Made by a program: the position numbers and the translations under genes. Below the pieces are notes generated by a model. The model saw only the letters and a list, made by a program, of their open reading frames with translations, was not told the DNA's origin and did not search any database. 64,000 nt of DNA from Bacteroidales bacterium UBA6229 (GTDB lineage: Bacteria; Bacteroidota; Bacteroidia; Bacteroidales; F082), in contig DJWN01000126.1 of NCBI GenBank assembly GCA_002440975.1, positions 20,785-84,784 on the forward strand, written 5' to 3'. Shown in pieces: positions 58,677 through 64,000 of this stretch (its first letter is position 1; each line of letters opens with the position of its first letter).

Positions 58677-60179
58677 ATGAAGCAACTGATATTTCTGTTT
58701 TTAACCCACCTAATATTTGCACAAATGCTTGTTTCGCAGGTGTTTGTTGAGCATCAAAAGGATATCCCTACGCGCATTCATGCTGATGCGGCATGGATTC
58801 CGGGCACTTCCGGTCTCGATTTGATTGTGGCTGGTGAGTTGGCCCAGCAAGATATGAAGGCTGCCACGACTTATTATCTGAAAGACCTTAACCAGGTTTT
58901 TAAGGCCAAGCCAAAAGGCTTGCCTGATGTGAAAAAGGCCAGTATGTCTGTGGGCGATCTCAACAAGAATGGCCGGGCCGATGTGTTCCTGAGCGGCCTG
59001 GATCAGGAGGGGCGATTTGTGGCTGGCATCTACTATCAGCAAACAAACGGGAGTTTTTCACTCAATCAGATGCAGGTGCCGGCTTTAGTTGATGGCCATG
59101 CCGAAATTGCTGATTTCGATAAGGACAATGATCTTGATATTTTGCTTACCGGAATGGATGCCTCGGGCAGAAACCGGACGGTAATTTTGGAGAACAGCTC
59201 GGGTGAGTTTGCTATAAGAAGCTTTGACATGCCAGGCGTTATCAATGGTGAAGCACGATGGGGCGATGCCAACAAAGATGGTTTTTTGGATATATTTATC
59301 ACCGGAAGCTGGAACGGCCGCCCTGTAAGCCGCTTATACATTTACAAAGAAGGTAATTACCTGCTTCACCCGCAATCTTTCCCGGCCTTGACCAACAGTG
59401 CTGTGGCCTGGGCCGATTTTAACGGTGATGAGCTGAATGATTTTGTGCTGGCAGGAGCCGATGTTGATGGCAAGCCATATACCCGGCTTTTTCTGGGTAA
59501 TAAAAGTCTGTATTTCGACGAGCAAAGAATATCAGGATTCAGGCCGCTGAAAAATGTGCATATGGATGTGGCCGATTTCGATTCGGATGGCGATATGGAT
59601 ATCCTGATAGCCGGCGAAAGCCTCGAACGTCCTTATACCATCCTGTACGAGAACAAAGGACAAGGGATTTTTGAAGATTTTATGGCAGGGCTTCCCTGGG
59701 TGAGCGAAGGCATTGTCTGCTTTGGTGACTTTGACCTGGATGGCGATCCGGATATCTTTATCATGGGGATAGATGTGTGTTACAAGCTCGTTGGCAGCAT
59801 TTACAAAAACACCACCAATCCCGAAAGAATTGTGGAAGATTCGATCACAAATATCTTTATCGATTCACCAGTTGTTGATTTGAGTCGCGGGCCTTATTAT
59901 TATTTTGTATTTTCGTCATGCTATTGCGATCCCGAAAATAGCGGCCAGAAGGATTACCATGCTTTTGTGAGTAATATTCATCAGGAGAAGCAGGATTTTG
60001 ATCTGACTTATATTTTCAACGACCTGTTGATCAAACAATTTCCGGGATGGGGTGCAGCCGATCGGGGGCACCGGACTTCCAATGCTTTTATCAGCCGTGC
60101 CGATGCTGAAGAAGGGCGCAGTCAGGTGATTGGGGGCTATCAAGACGAAGGGTTTATCATGCATTATATCAATTGGTAA
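58677..60179 (+). CDS. Secreted FG-GAP/VCBS-repeat protein with unassigned C-terminal domain
   Basis: After the signal peptide there are repeated ..DFD.DGD.DI...G.. / ..D.N.DG..D.. motifs. The last ~130 aa (..YYYFVFSSCYCDPENSG..) match nothing I recognise. Confidence 0.65.
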   Translation: MKQLIFLFLTHLIFAQMLVSQVFVEHQKDIPTRIHADAAWIPGTSGLDLIVAGELAQQDMKAATTYYLKDLNQVFKAKPKGLPDVKKASMSVGDLNKNGRADVFLSGLDQEGRFVAGIYYQQTNGSFSLNQMQVPALVDGHAEIADFDKDNDLDILLTGMDASGRNRTVILENSSGEFAIRSFDMPGVINGEARWGDANKDGFLDIFITGSWNGRPVSRLYIYKEGNYLLHPQSFPALTNSAVAWADFNGDELNDFVLAGADVDGKPYTRLFLGNKSLYFDEQRISGFRPLKNVHMDVADFDSDGDMDILIAGESLERPYTILYENKGQGIFEDFMAGLPWVSEGIVCFGDFDLDGDPDIFIMGIDVCYKLVGSIYKNTTNPERIVEDSITNIFIDSPVVDLSRGPYYYFVFSSCYCDPENSGQKDYHAFVSNIHQEKQDFDLTYIFNDLLIKQFPGWGAADRGHRTSNAFISRADAEEGRSQVIGGYQDEGFIMHYINW

Positions 60180-60251
60180 GCCGAAAATTTTTATATTAGG
60201 CGTTCAATTTTTGATGTGTTTTTAAGCATAAGCAACTAACCAATAGTTGGC

Positions 60252-62765
60252 ATGGATACAGTTATTACTAATCAACAGCTTGAGCTTGCGGCCGGTTTCA
60301 TTCAGTTTACCAACCGGCATGTTTATCTCACCGGAAAAGCCGGAACGGGAAAGACCACCTTTTTAAAAAACCTTCCCAACCTCACTTCAAAACATCATGT
60401 GGTGGTTGCACCTACAGGTGTGGCAGCCATCAATGCAGGTGGCGTGACCATCCATTCCTTTTTTCAGTTTTCGTTCGGGCCACAGCTGCCCGAAGCTGCT
60501 TTACAAGCTTTGTTATCCAATCCACAGGCAGAACAACCAGCTTATGAAGCGCGATATCAGCGTTTTACACGGGAGAAGATCAGGCTGATAAAACGATTGG
60601 ATCTGCTGGTTATTGACGAAATCAGCATGGTACGTGCCGATCTGCTGGATGCTATCGACAGGGTTTTGCGCCGTTTCAGAAGGAGAGATTTGCCTTTTGG
60701 TGGGGTACAGCTTCTGATGATCGGCGATATTCAGCAATTGGCACCGGTAGCTCGCGAAGAGGAATGGCAGCTGCTCAGGCCATATTACGACTCGGTTTAT
60801 TTTTTTAGCAGCCACGCCCTCAAAGCCTCAGATTATGTGACCATCGAACTGAAACATATTTACAGGCAACAGGACCAGTATTTTATCGATATCCTGAATC
60901 GCATACGCGATAATCAACTGGATATGTCAACGCTCGAAAAGCTCAACAGCCGCTACCATCCTGATTTTGATCCCGACGAAAAGGAAGGGTACATCACGCT
61001 TACCACGCATAACTATCAGGCCGACCAGATTAACCAGCTGAAATTGAAACAGCTAAAAGGAAAGAGCTGGATTTTTGAAGCAACAGTTGAAGGGGAATTT
61101 CCGGAAATGGCCTATCCGGCTGATGAACAACTGGAGCTGAAAGTGGGAGCGCAGGTGATGTTTGTAAAGAATGACCTGTCGCCCGAGAAACGCTTTTACA
61201 ATGGAAAAATAGGACGGTTGATAGCCAGGGAGGAAGACAAACTGGTGGTGCAATGCGACGATGAAACCATTGACGTGGAGCCGCTTACCTGGCATAATAT
61301 GAAATATCATCTGGACGAAAAAACCCAGCAGATCGAAGAAAAGATTATCGGTAGCTTTAAGCAATACCCATTGAAGCTTGCCTGGGCAATTACCATTCAT
61401 AAAAGTCAGGGGCTAACCTTTGAAAAAGTAATTATTGATGCCAATGCCGCCTTTGCGCACGGACAGGTGTATGTGGCCTTGAGCCGGTGCACCAAGTTTG
61501 AAGGCGTTGTGTTGAAATCACGGCTTCAGCCCCGTGGGATAGGTGCTGATGCTGCGGTGAACGGTTTTCTGCATGAGATTCCAAATCGCAGTCCGGATGA
61601 AGCCGGTTTGGAAAAAGCCAGAAGAGCATATGAGTTTAATTTACTTGTTGAACTGTTCGATTTTCAGCCTTTGCTGAGGCTGCTTAAAATCATTTACAAA
61701 ATTGCCAACGAAAACAGTGGAAGCATTCAGACGGCTTATTTGGCACTGGTTTCGAATGCTATCGATAAATTGAATGAGCTTGTAAATGTGAGTCAGCGAT
61801 TCGGGCCACAGCTAAGGCAGTTGTTCGATGCTTCGGACAATCCGGAGCAGAACCAGGCTTTGCAGGAAAGGGTAAAAAAAGCCGTTGATTACTTTCTGGA
61901 GCAGCTTACTACTTCACTTACAAAGCAGGATTTTACGGTAGAAACGGACAATAAGCAAGTCAGGAAGCGATTTACTGGTCTGGAAGAGCAGGTGGAGGAA
62001 CAGCTTCGCGTAAAGCTGGCCACGCTCAGGCAATGCAAGGAGCAGGGTTTTGAAACAAAGGCCTATCTGAAAATCCGTAATGATGCTGCTTTGGGTAAGG
62101 CTGTAAGTGCCTTCGGGAAAGCAAAACAAGAAACGCCTGTTGCCTATCACAAGCCTTTGTTCGAATCGCTGAAGAGGTGGAGAAATATGCGTGCGATGGA
62201 TGATGATTTGGAGCATTACAGGGTAATCACCATCAAATCGATGCAGGAGATCGCCTCCAAACTGCCGGTGAGCATGATTGAGCTCAAAGCCATCAATGGT
62301 ATTGGTAAACGCAAGCTGGCTGCTTACGGACAGGAGTTGCTTGCCTTGGTGGTTGATTACGTGGGGAAGGAGAAAATTGATAAAACTGATACTGAAAATG
62401 TTGAACCAGCAGCTGTTAAACAAAAGCAAACGAAAGGAACCACATACGCCATTACGCTGGAGCATCTTTTGGCGGGCAAATCTATGGAAGAAACGGCAGA
62501 ACTACGTGGGTTTGCTGTGAGTACAATAGAGGGTCATGCGGCCTTGCTGATCAAAGAGGGCAAGCTGCAGGCCCGACAATTAGTGGCTGAAGACAAGCTA
62601 AACCTTATTTCTGAATACTTTCTGGAGACAGAAGATGCGCGGCTTGGTCCGGCAAAAGAAGTGTTGGGCGAGAAGGTTAGTTTTGGGGAGTTGCGGTTAG
62701 TTTTAAGTCAGCTGATACACGATGAAAAGCTGGAGCCCTGGCATGGAGAATATGGCAGCGAATAG
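60252..62765 (+). CDS. PIF1/RecD-like SF1 helicase with HRDC and C-terminal HTH-like extension
   Basis: Walker A is LTGKAGTGKTT, Walker B is LVIDEISM, and ..AITIHKSQGLTF.. and ..YVALSR.. are present. An HRDC-like segment follows (..LKRWRNMRAMDDDLEHYRVITIKSMQEIA..INGIGKRKL..), then a further alpha-helical tail. Confidence 0.8.
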   Translation: MDTVITNQQLELAAGFIQFTNRHVYLTGKAGTGKTTFLKNLPNLTSKHHVVVAPTGVAAINAGGVTIHSFFQFSFGPQLPEAALQALLSNPQAEQPAYEARYQRFTREKIRLIKRLDLLVIDEISMVRADLLDAIDRVLRRFRRRDLPFGGVQLLMIGDIQQLAPVAREEEWQLLRPYYDSVYFFSSHALKASDYVTIELKHIYRQQDQYFIDILNRIRDNQLDMSTLEKLNSRYHPDFDPDEKEGYITLTTHNYQADQINQLKLKQLKGKSWIFEATVEGEFPEMAYPADEQLELKVGAQVMFVKNDLSPEKRFYNGKIGRLIAREEDKLVVQCDDETIDVEPLTWHNMKYHLDEKTQQIEEKIIGSFKQYPLKLAWAITIHKSQGLTFEKVIIDANAAFAHGQVYVALSRCTKFEGVVLKSRLQPRGIGADAAVNGFLHEIPNRSPDEAGLEKARRAYEFNLLVELFDFQPLLRLLKIIYKIANENSGSIQTAYLALVSNAIDKLNELVNVSQRFGPQLRQLFDASDNPEQNQALQERVKKAVDYFLEQLTTSLTKQDFTVETDNKQVRKRFTGLEEQVEEQLRVKLATLRQCKEQGFETKAYLKIRNDAALGKAVSAFGKAKQETPVAYHKPLFESLKRWRNMRAMDDDLEHYRVITIKSMQEIASKLPVSMIELKAINGIGKRKLAAYGQELLALVVDYVGKEKIDKTDTENVEPAAVKQKQTKGTTYAITLEHLLAGKSMEETAELRGFAVSTIEGHAALLIKEGKLQARQLVAEDKLNLISEYFLETEDARLGPAKEVLGEKVSFGELRLVLSQLIHDEKLEPWHGEYGSE

Positions 62766-62776
62766 TTGATCATTAT

Positions 62777-62807
62777 TTTGCAGGAAACAAATCTTGGTGT
62801 ATTTTTG
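62777..62807 (+). promoter_or_regulatory. Candidate promoter for the tRNA-like transcription unit
   Basis: TTTG at 62777-62780 and TATTTTTG (TAnnTTTG) at 62800-62807 are separated by 19 bp. The pair starts 12 nt after the helicase stop codon. Confidence 0.5.
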
Positions 62808-62862
62808 CAAAGTGCTTTGGAGCATGGCTCCACAGGAATCCGGGCGGGAAGTTCTGGATTAG

Positions 62863-62934
62863 CTCCGCCTTTGGCGGGGCGCGAAGTTCGGGGTGTAGTC
62901 CCGCCTTTGGCGGGGCGCGAAGTTCGGGGTGTAG
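62863..62934 (+). repeat. 36-nt tandem duplication (2 copies) ending in the first 10 nt of the tRNA-like gene
   Basis: Copy 1 (62863-62898) is CTCCGCCTTTGGCGGGGCGCGAAGTTCGGGGTGTAG. Copy 2 (62899-62934) is TCCCGCCTTTGGCGGGGCGCGAAGTTCGGGGTGTAG, which gives 34/36 identity. Each copy carries a CCGCC-TTT-GGCGG hairpin. A degenerate third copy is possible at about 62836-62862. Confidence 0.9.
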
Positions 62935-63009
62935 CGCAGTCCGGTTAGCGCGCGTCGTTCGGGACGACGAGGTCGGAGGTTCTCCCGCCACGGCGGGATA
63001 TCACCCCGA
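62925..63009 (+). tRNA. tRNA-Pro(CGG)-like gene with non-canonical T-arm (possible pseudo-tRNA or chimeric att site)
   Basis: Several arms are canonical: the acceptor (CGGGGTG / CACCCCG plus discriminator A), the D-arm (GCGC-AGTCCGGTTA-GCGC) and the anticodon arm (CGTCG-TTCGGGA-CGACG, anticodon CGG). After GGAGGTTC the expected GAATCCTCC is replaced by TCCCGCCACGGCGGGATAT. No 5-bp T-stem can form, and the gene is 85 nt long. Confidence 0.5.
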
Positions 63010-63011
63010 CA

Positions 63012-63043
63012 AAAGGCTGAGCAAACTCAGCCTTTGTCGATTT
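63012..63043 (+). terminator. Terminator-like hairpin after the tRNA-like gene
   Basis: The stem is AAAGGCTGAG-caaa-CTCAGCCTTT (10 bp), followed by GTCGATTT, an interrupted T-run. Confidence 0.6.
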
Positions 63044-63074
63044 AAGCAGTAAATGAAGATTAATTTTTTGTAAA

Positions 63075-63104
63075 ATAGCGCAACCCTGAATGGGTTGCTG
63101 CTAT
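63075..63104. repeat. REP-like hairpin copy H1
   Basis: ATAGCGCAACCC-tgaat-GGGTTGCTGCTAT. Confidence 0.8.
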
Positions 63105-63133
63105 TGTAGCAGGTATGATGTAAGTAAGGATTT

Positions 63134-63156
63134 CAACCCAGAATGGGTTGCGCTAT
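63134..63156. repeat. REP-like hairpin copy H2 (flank inverted relative to H1)
   Basis: CAACCC-agaat-GGGTTGCGCTAT. Together with H1 it forms an ATAGCGCAACCC ... GGGTTGCGCTAT inverted pair about 70 bp apart. Confidence 0.8.
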
Positions 63157-63170
63157 ATCTATAATTCTTC

Positions 63171-63299
63171 TGGAACTTTTTCTTGTTTCCGATAGCTAAT
63201 GCATCGGGACATGTTCCAAGTTAAAAAAAAAAGTGCGATTAAAGAAGCAAGAGTGTTAGCAAGGGTATTGATTGAGGACAGTATGTATTTTAAGATGTT
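63171..63299 (+). repeat. Direct repeat R1 (~125 bp family)
   Basis: R1 reads TGGAACTTTTTCTTGTTTCCGATAGCTAATGCATCGGGACATGTTCCAAGTT-A10-GTGCGATTAAAGAAGCAAGAGTGTTAGCAAGG..ATGTT. It aligns with 63476-63599 at roughly 75-80% identity by eye. Confidence 0.8.
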
Positions 63300-63350
63300 A
63301 AACTATCCCCCGATAGCGTGGCTAATCGCCAACGGCCAAAAGTTGTGGAA

Positions 63351-63434
63351 TGGACACGAACCTCTACGATGTGGACACGAACCTCTACGATGTGGACTCG
63401 AACGGCTTTGATGTAGACGTGGTCATTTTCGGAA
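63351..63434 (+). repeat. 21-bp tandem array (2 identical + 2 degenerate units), iteron-like
   Basis: TGGACACGAACCTCTACGATG occurs twice (63351-63371 and 63372-63392). TGGACTCGAACGGCTTTGATG follows at 63393-63413, then TAGACGTGGTCATTTTCGGAA. A further degenerate unit is possible upstream, at about 63325-63350. Confidence 0.85.
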
Positions 63435-63475
63435 AGGACATGAAGATTTATGTAAACAACTCATGTTTTTATAGA

Positions 63476-63599
63476 TGGAACTTTTCCTTTTTCCCGCTTG
63501 CATTGCGACGGGACAGGCGTCAAGTTCCCAAAAAAAGTGCGTTTGAAGAAGCAAGAGAGTGAGCAAGCGTTTTGAGGAAAGTGTGTATTAAAAAATGTT
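63476..63599 (+). repeat. Direct repeat R2 (partner of R1)
   Basis: R2 reads TGGAACTTTTCCTTTTTCCCGCTTGCATTGCGACGGGACAGGCGTCAAGTTCCC-A7-GTGCGTTTGAAGAAGCAAGAGAGTGAGCAAGCG..ATGTT. Confidence 0.8.
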
Positions 63600-63656
63600 T
63601 TTGGATTTTTTAAGGGGCTCCGCATGGCTGACGGAGCAGGCCGCCCTGACATTTTA

Positions 63657-63687
63657 TTTGCAGAGTGTTTGTTAGATGTTATTTTTG
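63657..63687 (+). promoter_or_regulatory. Candidate promoter reading into the intron-containing non-coding exon
   Basis: TTTG at 63657-63660 and TATTTTTG at 63680-63687 are separated by 19 bp. This is the same geometry and the same -7 octamer as the promoter at 62777-62807. Confidence 0.45.
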
Positions 63688-63790
63688 CCCCCAACCTCTA
63701 CCTGGCAGTAGATCTACCTGGCGGCAGACAGGCAGGCCCAATTCTTGGGGGCTCCAGCCCGGTGATGATTTGAAGTGATGGTTTGGCTTG

Positions 63791-63822
63791 ATAGCGCGCA
63801 ACCCAGACAGGGTTGCTGCTAT
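63791..63822. repeat. REP-like hairpin copy H3
   Basis: ATAGCGCGCAACCC-agaca-GGGTTGCTGCTAT. It ends 31 nt upstream of the intron 5' end. Confidence 0.8.
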
Positions 63823-63853
63823 TGGTGTGCCGGGCATGTAATAAACCTAACGG

Positions 63854-64000
63854 GTGCGTGAGGGAACTCACAAGTCCCCAGGGAGCACCGATGACAGGAA
63901 TCCCACAGTCGAAGGCAAGGGTGTCACGAGCGATTGTGAATCTGAAGGAAGCCCAAGACAAAATTTTGATGTGACGAACAGAAACCGGATACGAGGCCTG
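63854..64000 (+). mobile_element. Group II intron, 5' part of domain I (continues beyond window)
   Basis: The element starts with the GUGCG 5' splice consensus. About 95 nt downstream it has the conserved domain-I block GTGAATCTGAAGGAAGCCCAAGAC, which is very similar to the ..GAAUCYGAAGGAAGC.. block of bacterial introns. The region is GC-rich and structured, with no ORF. Confidence 0.72.

Noticed and set aside
63351-63434. Possible CRISPR array
   Set aside because: The 21-bp units are directly abutting with no spacers, and only two are identical. No cas genes are in view.
62766-63562. Small ORFs 62766-62948(+), 62773-62991(-), 63199-63411(+), 63350-63562(+)
   Set aside because: Their translations merely mirror the DNA repeats (for example ..PPLAGREVRGV.. 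twice, GHEPLRC twice, DTNLYDV twice). They overlap the tRNA-like gene or carry stops in the paralogous repeat copy, and there is no start context. They are kept as non-coding repeats.
63171-63599. R1/R2 as template/variable repeats of a diversity-generating retroelement
   Set aside because: Mismatches between R1 and R2 involve all base types (A/T, A/G, T/G, G/C) plus indels rather than adenine-specific substitutions. Neither repeat lies at the 3' end of an ORF. The nearby retroelement is a group II intron, not a DGR reverse transcriptase.
63791-63853. Class-C (terminator-targeting) or attC-targeting context for the group II intron
   Set aside because: The hairpin H3 is not followed by a U-tract. 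The intron starts 31 nt beyond it rather than directly after the stem. The stem does not fit the RYYYAAC/GTTRRRY attC core. The question is left open and not claimed.

Overview
This is a chromosomal window from a Bacteroidota-type genome. The evidence is a T9SS C-terminal sorting domain, a PorV-like barrel, an array of double-FtsX permeases, TTTG/TAnnTTTG promoter boxes and no Shine-Dalgarno-dependent spacing. All calls come from reading the ORF translations and the DNA; no database search was run.

Most of the window is densely packed core genome:
- groEL (partial)-groES, secG, an lptE-like gene and a receiver-less sigma-54 activator.
- pheT, recG, a TPR hybrid histidine kinase with an orphan receiver, and DPP-IV.
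- A GGGP-synthase homologue.
- metH-metF behind a SAM-I-type riboswitch, divergent from ahcY.
- greA, a HIT protein, purF, a GNAT and yfcC.

The accessory-looking parts are:
1. 23.6-37.8 kb: a beta-propeller/LytS-type kinase and a LytTR regulator sit upstream of a three-gene outer-membrane module. The module is an oversized TonB-receptor-like barrel, a 1450-aa orphan protein with a T9SS sorting tail, and a PorV/PorQ-like barrel.
2. 43.2-58.6 kb: a MacB-like efflux locus has one membrane-fusion protein, one ATPase, three intact ~800-aa double-FtsX permeases and a fourth heavily decayed copy. Lesions in the decayed copy coincide with a perfect 17-bp inverted repeat. A divergent sigma-54 response regulator/kinase pair sits next to it.
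3. 62.77-64.0 kb: the last 1.2 kb has no credible ORF. It holds a promoter-to-terminator unit with a tRNA-Pro(CGG)-like gene that lacks a normal T-arm and follows a 36-nt tandem duplication. It also holds REP-like hairpins, two ~125-bp direct repeats flanking a 21-bp tandem array, and the 5' end of a group II intron that runs off the window.

I regard (3), (1) and the inverted repeat in (2) as the most worthwhile leads. None can be given a function from sequence alone.
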